A stretch of DNA of 49,037 bases from a virus, in the IMG/VR virus record IMGVR_UViG_3300045988_028139; one strand, written 5' to 3'. Each line of letters opens with the position of its first letter. Within the stretch, counting starts at the first letter, position 1. The notes beneath the pieces were generated by a model that saw only the letters and a list, made by a program, of their open reading frames with translations, was not told the origin of the DNA and made no database searches. Shown piece by piece: positions 8,428 through 17,663 of this stretch. The position numbers and the translations under genes are program-made.

Positions 8428-11400
8428 ATTGAGCCACCTCCCGCATTTTTATAAATTCTTCCAGCCAGTCGAAGAACTCGGCCTCGTGGGCTTTGAGCTT
8501 CGCCATGAAGTCGTCCGCGTCGTCGCCGGTTCCTTCTGTCTGGATCTGTGGGCTCCATGTGAAACCGGAGAAGTCGTAGTAAACTACCACGCCGCCACTG
8601 TCTGCCAGACTTCCGAGAGAGAAGTCGTCCAGAGTCAGAAGCCTTCCGGCCGTGCTTGTGAGTCCTTCGCCAGAAGATCCGCCGGTTGTGCTTGCAGTGT
8701 TGAACACTGAGGTGATCATGGTTTCCAACTTATCCCAGAGGGTTGCAAGAGGAACCACCGCCTCGGCGCCAGCTTCACCACCAGCCAGAAGATTGTTACC
8801 TGCTGCGCCGAAAATAGTCGGGCGCGTCAGAATACCGCCGTCCTTGTACCATGAAATACCGAAGTGTGGTACGCTTGGCGGGTTGATCGAGAAGCTGCCG
8901 CTGATACTCACATGAGGGAGTTTCAGGTGTGGCAGGCTCCACGAGAAATTAAACTTTGATTTTAGGGCGCTGATCGCGTTTCCTACGGCGTCCCTTGCTG
9001 CCGACATTTTGCTGCTGATCGTCGAGTAAATACTGGAGAACTTACCCGACACTGTGCTGAGTGCGGAGCTGAGTCCTGAACTCATGGTGGAAGTGATTCC
9101 ACTCATTAAGCTGGAAACGGTAGACTTTGCGCTGCTCAGTTTGCTGCTGATCGTGCTCCGGATGCTTTCCCATTGAGAGGAAGCGGTAGAGCTCACACTT
9201 GACCACGCAGAGCTTGCCACGCTGGTGATCGTACTCGTTGCCGAGCTTACGGCGGAACTGGCCGCCGAGATCTTGCTGCTCACTGTGGAGCTGATTGTGT
9301 TCCAGAGAGAGGAAGCCGTGGAGCTTACGCTTGACCATGCGGAACTTGCCACGCTGGTGATCGCACTCGTCGCGGTGCTTACTTTCTCCTTGGCTGCGTC
9401 GATTTTGGAACCGATCGTGCCCTTGATTCCTTCCCAGAGGGAGGAAGCCGTGGAGCTGATCGCGTTCCATGCTGCGCTTGCTACGTTGGAGATCGCAGTC
9501 GTCACCGTGGTGATCTTTTCTTTTACGGCGTCGATTTTTTCGCCGATCACGCTCTTGATAGTCTCCCAGATAGAGAGCACCGTGTCCTTGCAGTTTTCCC
9601 AGATAAACCGAAACGGCAGCGTGATGATCTGGAAGGCTGCGCTGATAATTTCCTTCACGGCCATGATCCCGACGGTCACAATGTTTTTAATTGTTTCCCA
9701 TGCTCCGGACAAAAATCCGGTGATTGAGTCCCAGATATTCGTGAAGGTGTCGTGGATCTCGGTCATGGTTCCGGTAACGCTCGAATAAATTCCGGATAAA
9801 ATTCCGGAGAAAAACGAGACGATCGCGTTCCATGTGTCCGTGAAAAATGTTTTGATTCCCGTCAGGATTCCGGAGAAAAACGACGAGATCGCGTTCCATG
9901 TGTCTGAGAAAAATGTTTTAACATTCGTCCAGACGGTTTCCCAGTCGGTGCCGAACCAGCCCAGAACGGTGTCCGCCAGAGAGGTGAACGTGCTGATCCA
10001 GTTCTCGAAGGTTGCCACAACGAAGTCCCAGACTGCGCCGAAAATTTCTTGGACGCCCTGCCATACCATGTCCCAGTCACCGGTAAAAATTCCGGCGAAG
10101 ATGTCAAACAGGCCGGTCAGAATGTCGAGGGCCTCGTTCAGAATATTGCTGATCTGCTGGAATACGCCCTCGAAAATCGGAGCGAGCACCTCGCAGAAGC
10201 CGTCCCAGACTGCCTTCATTACTTCGGTTATGTCCTCGAACTCGAACCCCAGCGCGTTGAGCCTGTCCACAATTCCTTGCCCGAACTCGTCGAACTTGGC
10301 CTTGATTCCGTCCCAGATCGCTGTGATCTTGTTCCTAAATTCTTCGTTGTTTTTCCATAAATTCGTAAAGGCGAGAGCCACGGCCGTGATCACTGCGATA
10401 ATAGCAATAGCCGGAAGCGATACGCCTCCCAGTGCTGCAGCGAGTTTTACCAGTGCGCCCTTCACCATTGCGATCTTGCTCGATATGGTTCCCCAGTTCA
10501 TAGCCGCGATAACGGCACCGAGGCCGCTCACCGCTATGGTCACTTCTGGGATATGTCCGCCGAGCCATTCGATCGCCGGGATCACGCCGTTGGTGATAAA
10601 CTGCACACCTGCTCGTAGCTTACTTTCCAGCGCGTCGTAAATTTTGAGCCCCAGTTCCTCGAAGGCGCTGTTCATTGCCGCCACGTCGCCGCTGAGGTTG
10701 TCGTTCATAATATTGGCCATTTCCTCAGCGGATCCAGAAGCTCCGCGGAGTTCTTCCTCGTACCCGGCGATATTGTCCATGCCTTCGTTGAGGATCAGGT
10801 TCAGGCCCTTGGTGGAGTCTGCGGTAAAAGTGGAAGATAGCGCGACGGCTCGTTCTGCGTCGCCCATTCCATTTGTGGCGGCTTCCACTTCTGTGAGAAT
10901 GTCGGTGAGATCTCGGAAGTTGCCCTGTGCGTCCATTACGGCCACGGAGGTTTCTCCGATCTTGATCGCGCCGTCCTTCATTCCGTTGGTTATGTCTCGC
11001 ATAATCGCGGCCATTGCGGTTCCGGCTTCGGATCCTTTGTAACCTTGGTTTGCCATTCCTTCGAGCAGCGAGGTGACGGTTTCGACGTCCTGCCCGGCTG
11101 CATTTAAGTTGGCTGCGCAGTTCTTGTAGGCTTCGCCCAGTGCTTCGGCCGTGGTGTTGCTGTGGCTTTGCGCGTAGGAGAGCAGATCTGCGAAGTATGC
11201 GGCGTCTCCGGCCTCCATGGCGAAGGCGCTCAGGTAGTCCGTTACCATGTCGGAAGCTGCTCCCAGTTCCATGCCAGAAGCGGCGGCCAGATTCAGAACG
11301 CCGCCCAACGCACTTGTGGACTGATCAGCGTCCCACCCGGCGAGGCTCATGTATTTGAGGGCCTCGGCTGCATTGCTGGCCGAGAAAACCGTGGTGGCGC

Positions 11401-12211
11401 CGTATTCTCTGGCGCAGGCTTCCAGTTTCTCGAAGTCCTCACCGGTTGCGCCACTGATTGCCGATACCTCGGACATGGTGCTGGTGAAGTTTTGGCCCAA
11501 CTCTATGACGTTTCCGACCAGATTTTTGATACCGTCCACCGCTCGCATGATCGCGTCGGCTGCGAGATTTGCCAACGTAGCCTTAAACATGGTGAAGCCG
11601 TCGTCTGCCTTTTTGGCCGAGCTTTCGACTTCCTCCAGAGAATTGTCCAACTTGTCCGCTGCGTACTCTGCGTCCGAGAGCTTGGTTTTGTTCTCGTGCA
11701 GTTCACTGGATAGGTCTTGGATCTGTCGAGCGAGTTCCCGCGCTTCGTCGCTGGTTTCCCCTTGTTCGGTTGCAACGTCAACGTATCGCTGCTTTAACTG
11801 TTGGAGGGTGTCCTCCTGTTTGGAGATTGTAGAGCGCAGCGTTTCAGCTTCTCCGCCTGCGTCGTCCATGGTTTCGGACAGGGCACGGGCGGCTTTCTCT
11901 GCCGCGTCCAACGTGCCGCGATTTTCCGTCAGTTCACCGGACAGTTCTTGGATTGTACTCGCGAGCTGTTCGGCTTCTTCGGTTCCTTCTTGGCCGGTCA
12001 CAATGTAGTCGGCGTAGCCTTGTTCCAGATTTTTGAGGACTGTCTCCTGTGTGCTGATCTTTGCCGCTAACTGTGCGGAAGCACCGGCGGCTTCGAGCGT
12101 TTCTTTGCTCATTTCCTCCAGACGAGAGACGGCCGCGTTTATGGCCGATTGAAGGGAGGGGCTGAGGGATCCGGCGATCTCTATCGTAGATTGTAGAGTA
12201 TGGTCTGCCAC
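8420..12211 (-). CDS. Tail tape measure protein (GTG start)
   Basis: 1263 aa with an N-terminal coiled-coil, a central hydrophobic/TM segment and Trp- and Ser-rich tandem repeats. It lies directly after the chaperone pair. Confidence 0.9.
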   Translation of the reverse strand: MADHTLQSTIEIAGSLSPSLQSAINAAVSRLEEMSKETLEAAGASAQLAAKISTQETVLKNLEQGYADYIVTGQEGTEEAEQLASTIQELSGELTENRGTLDAAEKAARALSETMDDAGGEAETLRSTISKQEDTLQQLKQRYVDVATEQGETSDEARELARQIQDLSSELHENKTKLSDAEYAADKLDNSLEEVESSAKKADDGFTMFKATLANLAADAIMRAVDGIKNLVGNVIELGQNFTSTMSEVSAISGATGEDFEKLEACAREYGATTVFSASNAAEALKYMSLAGWDADQSTSALGGVLNLAAASGMELGAASDMVTDYLSAFAMEAGDAAYFADLLSYAQSHSNTTAEALGEAYKNCAANLNAAGQDVETVTSLLEGMANQGYKGSEAGTAMAAIMRDITNGMKDGAIKIGETSVAVMDAQGNFRDLTDILTEVEAATNGMGDAERAVALSSTFTADSTKGLNLILNEGMDNIAGYEEELRGASGSAEEMANIMNDNLSGDVAAMNSAFEELGLKIYDALESKLRAGVQFITNGVIPAIEWLGGHIPEVTIAVSGLGAVIAAMNWGTISSKIAMVKGALVKLAAALGGVSLPAIAIIAVITAVALAFTNLWKNNEEFRNKITAIWDGIKAKFDEFGQGIVDRLNALGFEFEDITEVMKAVWDGFCEVLAPIFEGVFQQISNILNEALDILTGLFDIFAGIFTGDWDMVWQGVQEIFGAVWDFVVATFENWISTFTSLADTVLGWFGTDWETVWTNVKTFFSDTWNAISSFFSGILTGIKTFFTDTWNAIVSFFSGILSGIYSSVTGTMTEIHDTFTNIWDSITGFLSGAWETIKNIVTVGIMAVKEIISAAFQIITLPFRFIWENCKDTVLSIWETIKSVIGEKIDAVKEKITTVTTAISNVASAAWNAISSTASSLWEGIKGTIGSKIDAAKEKVSTATSAITSVASSAWSSVSSTASSLWNTISSTVSSKISAASSAVSSATSTITSVASSAWSSVSSTASSQWESIRSTISSKLSSAKSTVSSLMSGITSTMSSGLSSALSTVSGKFSSIYSTISSKMSAARDAVGNAISALKSKFNFSWSLPHLKLPHVSISGSFSINPPSVPHFGISWYKDGGILTRPTIFGAAGNNLLAGGEAGAEAVVPLATLWDKLETMITSVFNTASTTGGSSGEGLTSTAGRLLTLDDFSLGSLADSGGVVVYYDFSGFTWSPQIQTEGTGDDADDFMAKLKAHEAEFFDWLEEFIKMREVAQYA
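9099..9494 (-). repeat. Three clear tandem 132-bp (44-aa) coding repeats within the tape measure, with degenerate copies on both sides
   Basis: ISNVASAAWNAISSTASSLW... / ITSVASSAWSSVSSTASSLW... / ITSVASSAWSSVSSTASSQW...; the marker gccacgctggtgatcg recurs at 9216 and 9348. Confidence 0.85.
9790..9920 (-). repeat. Two tandem 66-bp (22-aa) coding repeats in the tape measure
   Basis: FFSDTWNAISSFFSGILTGI / FFTDTWNAIVSFFSGILSGI; attccggagaaaaacga occurs at 9801 and 9867. Confidence 0.85.
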
Positions 12212-12215
12212 GTCC

Positions 12216-12343
12216 TCACCTCCTTGTGTGCTTTGGCCTCCTTATGTTTAGCGGCCGATTTTTCTCAGCGCGTTTTTTTTCGGCTGCGAGATCCTCTGCC
12301 GCTTCTGCATACTCTATGATGAAGTCAGTTACTCGCTTTTTTT
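12216..12343 (-). other. Putative -1 frame extension of the tail assembly chaperone (slippage at an A7 run, 12337-12343)
   Basis: The zero frame reads TCG AAA AAA AGC GAG TAA. The -1 frame stays open for 40 more codons (KRVTDFIIEYAEAAEDLAAEKKRAEKNRPLNIRRPKHTRR) up to the TGA at 12218-12216, just before the tape measure start. Confidence 0.5.
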
Positions 12344-12736
12344 CGAGCTCTGTCGTGCTGGTGTGGTAGACTCTGGCGTAGTCGCGGTAGGCTCTGCGGA
12401 GTCGTTTTCCTGTGGTTCCGGCTCCGATTTCAGCATAAAATTTCGGCCGAGGGCCATTACCTCCACAACGTCCGCGCCCTTCATGCGCTCCAGATCGGAA
12501 AAGTCATAAGTCGGATTCACGGCCACGATCGCAGCATAGCCGAGGTAGAGGTGGAGGCCGAAGTCGAACTCTGCCGCTGCGGACACGGACAGGTTCTTCA
12601 TACCTGCGGCCGCTTTTCTCTTTGCCTCAGCAGTTGCGAAAAGCACGCCGTCGATCTCGTTCGTGTCGTACTTCATTTCTGTGATTTTGTCCCCGTTGAT
12701 CATCACGGGATTTTTCAGAGTGAGGGTTCCGTTCAT
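12329..12736 (-). CDS. Tail assembly chaperone (XkdN / P2 gpE analogue)
   Basis: 135 aa, between the tube and the tape measure, with an acidic/Pro-rich tail ending at the slippery A-run. Confidence 0.6.
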   Translation of the reverse strand: MNGTLTLKNPVMINGDKITEMKYDTNEIDGVLFATAEAKRKAAAGMKNLSVSAAAEFDFGLHLYLGYAAIVAVNPTYDFSDLERMKGADVVEVMALGRNFMLKSEPEPQENDSAEPTATTPESTTPARQSSKKSE

Positions 12737-12750
12737 TTTGTTCTCCTTTC

Positions 12751-12787
12751 AAACAAAAAGAGCCCGCCAGTGACTTGACCGGCGGGC
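12751..12787 (-). terminator. Rho-independent terminator after the tube gene
   Basis: GCCCGCC-12 nt loop-GGCGGGC followed by UCUUUUUGUUU on the minus strand. Confidence 0.6.
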
Positions 12788-12811
12788 CGTGGTTATTTTT
12801 TGATTACTGCA

Positions 12812-13321
12812 TTAAAGCAGGTTGTTGATCTGGCTCATGTAGTCCTCGCCGTTGATACGGAGGATCTGAGCCAAACGGTCAACGCAGCAGATCTCGACGC
12901 CATTTGCGTAGATCTGGAGCCTTGTCACGTTGTAAGCGTTCTCGGCTTCGGTTGCGCTGCCGACTTCGACGCCCAGCTCAGGGAATGAGCCCGGCATAGT
13001 ACGCACAAAAGCCTTGCAGCCTTCGGTTGCGGTGGATCCGTCGGATTTTACGACATTCTGAACCCAGCGGAACTCGAAGCTCTGCTTTTTGAGGCGGTTC
13101 ATGCGGCGCAGGCCGTTGTCTACGCCGATCTTTGTAATGGAGAGCTCCATGTTCTCCAGAAGTCCGATCAGTGGCACGGTCATGTTACCCATGGCCTGCA
13201 CGTCAGCGGTTAAAAATTCAATACCGGGCAGAGTGAAGGCGACGTCCTTCGCCACCAGAGTGCTGTCCGCGTATACAGTGTCGGCCACTACTGGGCCTTT
13301 AATATCGAGCCATTTTGCCAT
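12812..13321 (-). CDS. Contractile tail tube protein (FII/XkdM-like)
   Basis: 169 aa immediately downstream of the sheath gene, with tube-family length and pattern. Confidence 0.75.
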   Translation of the reverse strand: MAKWLDIKGPVVADTVYADSTLVAKDVAFTLPGIEFLTADVQAMGNMTVPLIGLLENMELSITKIGVDNGLRRMNRLKKQSFEFRWVQNVVKSDGSTATEGCKAFVRTMPGSFPELGVEVGSATEAENAYNVTRLQIYANGVEICCVDRLAQILRINGEDYMSQINNLL

Positions 13322-13335
13322 TGTTCTGCACCTCC

Positions 13336-14805
13336 TTATTCAGTAGCAAAAAAGGACTGGAAGCCTTCGTCTGTGTAGCATACGCGAGCGGTGCCAGACT
13401 TGAACGGAGGCGTGTTAGTTACGGAGAAGTCCCAAACGAAGTCGCCGTTCAGCATGTTGCTGGTAGGGTTCGCGCTCTCCACAAATTCCACGGACGGGGT
13501 ACCGATCAGGGCGCCGATTCCCAGAAGGGTGTCGAGCTTTTCCTTTTCAAAATTCAGCACGCTGTCCTTGTCCTGCGGAGTCATAGGGCTGTCGATCTCA
13601 GTTCCGTGATCCTTCTGGAAGCTGTTCGTGATATGCTCCAGCATACGGATATTTACGTCGAAGATCGCGCGGGCGTCCATGCTGCCGTTGTACTTGTACG
13701 CAGCAGTATGAGGGCCCCACAATACCCAGCGGCCACCCCAGAAGCAGGCTGTTGTGATTCCTTTTTCGTTGAGCTTGTTCGCGGTTTCCTGATCGAAGCC
13801 GCGGTTCTTGGAGTCCTCACCGAAATACTGGCTCGTGGCCATGATTTCCTTGTTGGACGGAGATTCAAACGGAACGCCGTCGTGGCTCAGGTCTACGCGC
13901 TGCATAGTGGCGGCGCCTACTGTGGACAGCCAGAAGATCCGGCCGTTGCCGTCCTTAATCTTCGGCCAGTATACCTTCGAGAACTCGCTGGTGTAGCCGT
14001 TGTCACTGGCCCATTTCTGAGCCTTTGCGAGCGTGTCGATCTTGGTTCCTTTGTCCTCCAGAGGAACGTCGGCGTGAACGAAGCCGTCCCAGTGGCCGTT
14101 GAGTTTCTGGATAGTGCTCACCATGGCCTTGTATACGGCCGGGATATGACTCCAGCCCGGAGCTGCCAGAATATTGAGCACGGCGTTGTGGTACTGATAG
14201 AGTAGAGCCATGGAAGCCAGTCCGGTATATTCTCCGGTTTCGGTTTTCTCACCGATAATGTCGGCCGCCTGCACCTTGGAAGTATCCACGGTGTCGAAGG
14301 TTGCGGAGAGTTCGGCCCCGTCAGTCTCTTTGAGCAGTGTCACGGTTACTGTGTGCTTTGCCATGCTATAAGAGAGAGCATAGTCCACGCCCTCGGCCTT
14401 GTCAGCGATCGCGAAGGTGTCGAGAATGATCTTGTCGCTCTCAAACTCTGCCTTGCCGTCTGTGAAGGTCAGGGCCTTTGTGGTTTTCTGTGCGGATTTA
14501 TGCACCGCAGGATCGAGCACGTTCACGATATAGATCGGGCCCACATTTCCGACGGTGTTGTCGAAGTGCTCAGCGAACGCAGAACCGAGGGTGAATGTTT
14601 CCCAGTCGTCGGAGTAGCCGACGAGGCTCTGGACTTCGCTCATATTGGTTACTTTTACCGGCATATTAACGAGATCTTTGTCAGCGTAACCCCTGATCAG
14701 GTTCACCGGTGCGGTGCCGATATACGCGGCCACCACGTCGGCCTGAGTGACGGAAGCCACTTTGCTTTCGCCGATTTCGCCATATGCGCCATGCAAATAT
14801 GCCAT
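13336..14805 (-). CDS. Contractile tail sheath protein
   Basis: 489 aa. N-terminal MAYLHGAYGEIGES...YIGTAPVN is typical of sheath proteins, and it sits upstream of the tube gene. Confidence 0.85.
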   Translation of the reverse strand: MAYLHGAYGEIGESKVASVTQADVVAAYIGTAPVNLIRGYADKDLVNMPVKVTNMSEVQSLVGYSDDWETFTLGSAFAEHFDNTVGNVGPIYIVNVLDPAVHKSAQKTTKALTFTDGKAEFESDKIILDTFAIADKAEGVDYALSYSMAKHTVTVTLLKETDGAELSATFDTVDTSKVQAADIIGEKTETGEYTGLASMALLYQYHNAVLNILAAPGWSHIPAVYKAMVSTIQKLNGHWDGFVHADVPLEDKGTKIDTLAKAQKWASDNGYTSEFSKVYWPKIKDGNGRIFWLSTVGAATMQRVDLSHDGVPFESPSNKEIMATSQYFGEDSKNRGFDQETANKLNEKGITTACFWGGRWVLWGPHTAAYKYNGSMDARAIFDVNIRMLEHITNSFQKDHGTEIDSPMTPQDKDSVLNFEKEKLDTLLGIGALIGTPSVEFVESANPTSNMLNGDFVWDFSVTNTPPFKSGTARVCYTDEGFQSFFATE

Positions 14806-14818
14806 GTTTTAGTCCTCC

Positions 14819-15448
14819 TTATAAAAATTCTTCGTATTCTTTCGGGATCGCCGGAGTCGTTCCGATTTCCAGCGCGAAGCTGATCCAGCTATGCCAGTAC
14901 GGGTAGTAGTCCCAGACATTGCCGTCCTCTGTGAACGGGCCGAACTTGATCCCTTGCTCTTTTACGAGCCTATGGCCTGCGATATATTCCGCAGTTTCGA
15001 TCTCGCGGAGTACGAGGTCGGCCAGATTGTAGCAATCGCGCCAGCCGTCCATGTTTCGCGAGTATGTTTTGGCAGCTTCTCCGGTATTGACGTAGTAGGA
15101 GTAGCCGCCGGTTGCCTTCGCGTTTTCGCGAGGGTTGAAAATCTCCCCGCCGTGTTGGCCGGGATTCCAGCAGGCGAGGCAGAGCCGGATCTGGAGCTGC
15201 CTCTTTTTCTGAATAAGCTCGTCGCTTCCTTCCATGAGCTGCACGCAGACGGAAGGGATCGGAGCGGCCACGTTTGGCGGCAGCCGATCCTTTCCCGGAA
15301 CGTATAAAGGGAACGCCGCGGGGTTTACCATAACGACGTCGTAGCCGGTGTCGTTCCGGTAGTCGTCCGGCAGTTTGAGGGTGATCTTGCTGCATACGTT
15401 TTCTGTGAGCCAGCTCACTATTTTGTCGATACTGTTTACCAGTGTCAT
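14819..15448 (-). CDS. Hypothetical virion protein (tail completion/terminator position)
   Basis: 209-aa ORF with RBS AAGGAGG. The call is based on position only. Confidence 0.35.
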   Translation of the reverse strand: MTLVNSIDKIVSWLTENVCSKITLKLPDDYRNDTGYDVVMVNPAAFPLYVPGKDRLPPNVAAPIPSVCVQLMEGSDELIQKKRQLQIRLCLACWNPGQHGGEIFNPRENAKATGGYSYYVNTGEAAKTYSRNMDGWRDCYNLADLVLREIETAEYIAGHRLVKEQGIKFGPFTEDGNVWDYYPYWHSWISFALEIGTTPAIPKEYEEFL

Positions 15449-15463
15449 GCTGCCGTCACCTCC

Positions 15464-15790
15464 TTAGCTCATGCGATTCTGGCGAACCGCGATCTGTACG
15501 AGTCCCATTTCCGACGTGGTAGTGACAACGATCACCTCGCGGCCGTCCAGATTGAGAAGGCGGCCGGGATCCAGATTTTCTGGAAGGTCGGAGGCTTTTC
15601 CCATGATTACCATGTCGGCCTCGTCCATTCCATGAATACGGTTGTCGCCGATTTTACTCAGTTTGGCCATTATGTCGCTGTCAATTACCACCGGGACTTC
15701 CTTCCCTTCGATTCGGTGAAGGTCTGCGAACTCGTCCAGATTCAGGAAAATGTCCGAGAGATCCTGCTTTATTTGGTCTTTGAAGCTCAC
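15464..15790 (-). CDS. Head-tail adaptor/closure candidate (GTG start)
   Basis: 108 aa. Contains ...LDEFADLHRIEGKEVPVVID...LLNLDGREVIVV...; the pattern resembles small head-tail joining proteins. Confidence 0.4.
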   Translation of the reverse strand: MSFKDQIKQDLSDIFLNLDEFADLHRIEGKEVPVVIDSDIMAKLSKIGDNRIHGMDEADMVIMGKASDLPENLDPGRLLNLDGREVIVVTTTSEMGLVQIAVRQNRMS

Positions 15791-15794
15791 GAGC

Positions 15795-16121
15795 TTACGC
15801 CTCGGAAGGTTCCGCCTCGATTTTTGCGGAGCTGTCGGCTTTGGCCTTGGCTGCCTCGATCAGGGCGATCACTTCCTTTTTGCTGCGGACTGCGCTCGCG
15901 TCTACGCCATACGCTGCTGCAGCTTCTCTGAGCTCTGTCATGTTCATGCCGTTGTATTCTGAGAAAGTGCTTTCCGGCTCCGCCTCATACACGGCCACGC
16001 CAGCCTCCACCAGCTCAGCCTCGCGGGCTGCGTTGATAGAGAAGGCAGGAGAGTGTTTCGTCATAGGTTCCACGGTTCCGTTTTTAACGAGCCCGTAGGT
16101 GCCTTTGATCATTCGGATCAT
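15795..16121 (-). CDS. Hypothetical head-module protein with an HeH/Rho-N-like motif (paralog of 16135..16539)
   Basis: 108 aa. MTELREAAAAYGVDASAVRSKKEVIALIEAA; the N-terminus aligns with the neighbouring gene. Confidence 0.55.
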   Translation of the reverse strand: MIRMIKGTYGLVKNGTVEPMTKHSPAFSINAAREAELVEAGVAVYEAEPESTFSEYNGMNMTELREAAAAYGVDASAVRSKKEVIALIEAAKAKADSSAKIEAEPSEA

Positions 16122-16134
16122 GTGCTCACCTCCA

Positions 16135-16539
16135 TTATTCCGGATCTGCTGCGTTCAGATCCGGGAGATCGTCGCCGTCTGTGTCCTCGTCATCAACCAT
16201 GCCGCCAGCGTTTACTTCTGCGGCTGCGATCGCGTCCACATAATCGGCTTTCTTTTTGCAGCCGGTAACGTCAACGCCGAGATCCCCGGCGAGGTTCTGG
16301 AGCTGCTGGATCGTCATTTCTTCGAGCTGGCTCTTTGCAAGGTGGCCGGTCACTTCCTGCTCGTCCGCCTCGTCTACTTCGATTGCGCCGCCGACGTATT
16401 CAGCGACACCAGCAGAGACGAAGTGTTCCGCCTGAGTGTCCTCGCACTCAAACGGGCCATCCGCTGCTGTCATTCTCTTGTGGGCGTGCTTGGCGTCATA
16501 ATAGCCGACGGTTCCCACTGTTACCCTGATTTTTCTCAT
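16135..16539 (-). CDS. Hypothetical head-module protein with an HeH/Rho-N-like motif and an acidic tail
   Basis: 134 aa. MTIQQLQNLAGDLGVDVTGCKKKADYVDAIAAA; RBS AAGGAG. Confidence 0.55.
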   Translation of the reverse strand: MRKIRVTVGTVGYYDAKHAHKRMTAADGPFECEDTQAEHFVSAGVAEYVGGAIEVDEADEQEVTGHLAKSQLEEMTIQQLQNLAGDLGVDVTGCKKKADYVDAIAAAEVNAGGMVDDEDTDGDDLPDLNAADPE

Positions 16540-16566
16540 GGTTTTGCTCCTTTCTACTCGGTACGC

Positions 16567-17643
16567 TTAGTTGATAACTTTCGCCACGCTGAACGGGCAC
16601 TCGTTGTTAGGCATAGGCAGCGGCGCAGAGCTGAGAGTGAGCTCGCGGATGTTGTGAGCAGCGTCGCTGATATACTTCGGCACGTTCACGCCGGTGTAAG
16701 TATGGAACTCACCGTCGGCCTGCTCCACCTGAGTGATCGCGCCGTAAACAGTACGGCCAGCAGCCGGAGCGCCTACCGCGATCATGCCCTGCGGGATATA
16801 CTGCTTTACAGTTCCGTCCAGCTCGGTGTATGTGTCCTCATAAGTGAGGAAGTCGATCATTCGGCCCTTGATATTCAGGCGGGCGATCTTGGAAGCACCG
16901 GCAGGCAGAGTCTCAGGATCTACGCCTCCGATATTGTAGTTGCGGTTGTCGAGCAGTTTCAGGATCCACGGATTGCGGAGGAAAAGATCCGCAACGTCTG
17001 GAGCCATGAGGCACTCAGTCGCAGGGAGTCCTCTTGTGCTCAACATGGAGATCATGGCGGCCACGTCGTCGATCATCTGCTTGCCGCCTGCCTCAGTGTC
17101 GGCCCAGTCTGCGGAAGGGGTATATTTTGCCGGGTTGCTGGTGCCGTCATAGTAACGGACTTCCTTTTCCTCGTAAGTGCCGAGGTCGTTCGTGTACTCG
17201 TGCATAATGCAGCCGTTGGTGAAGATTACCTCGGCAGCCATGGCCTCTTTTCTGCGGGTGTTCATGTCGCGGAGTTCGTCGAGATCTCCGAGCATGATCA
17301 CGCCCTGTCTCTGGGCCGGAGTCAGGTTAGTATAAAGAGCCTCCCCGAAGCCTCTCTTTTTCAGGTCGTCAATGGAGAGTGGGCGCTTCGGTGCAATATA
17401 CGCCGGAGTGAAGCGCTTCATGGTGTAGCCTTCGCGCAGGATCGTGATTCCGCCCTTGCGAGGTGCTACAAAAGGTGCTGCTTTCTTGGATCCCTTGCGG
17501 TATTCCACCAGCACGTCGTCAGTGGCGAACACGTCAGAGGCGGCGTTAGTAGGGAAATAGCGATCCAAAAGGAAAGAGTGAAGCGGCGGGAGCTGCTGCA
17601 CGGAGGCGAGCAGTGTGTGGGTATCATAAAAATTAAAAGCCAT
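16567..17643 (-). CDS. Major capsid protein, lambda gpE-like
   Basis: 358 aa. N-terminal ...YDTHTLLASVQQLPPLHSFLLDRYFP...VLVEYRKGSKKAAPFVAPRKGG matches the gpE-family pattern and follows a gpD-like gene. Confidence 0.85.
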   Translation of the reverse strand: MAFNFYDTHTLLASVQQLPPLHSFLLDRYFPTNAASDVFATDDVLVEYRKGSKKAAPFVAPRKGGITILREGYTMKRFTPAYIAPKRPLSIDDLKKRGFGEALYTNLTPAQRQGVIMLGDLDELRDMNTRRKEAMAAEVIFTNGCIMHEYTNDLGTYEEKEVRYYDGTSNPAKYTPSADWADTEAGGKQMIDDVAAMISMLSTRGLPATECLMAPDVADLFLRNPWILKLLDNRNYNIGGVDPETLPAGASKIARLNIKGRMIDFLTYEDTYTELDGTVKQYIPQGMIAVGAPAAGRTVYGAITQVEQADGEFHTYTGVNVPKYISDAAHNIRELTLSSAPLPMPNNECPFSVAKVIN

Positions 17644-17663
17644 TTGTCTGTCCTCCTTGTTTT

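Noticed and set aside
8967-9920. Tandem repeats that might be taken for a CRISPR or satellite array
   Set aside because: They are in-frame 132-bp and 66-bp coding repeats of the tape measure protein, with no spacer/repeat architecture. I saw no CRISPR array, tRNA or rRNA anywhere in the window.
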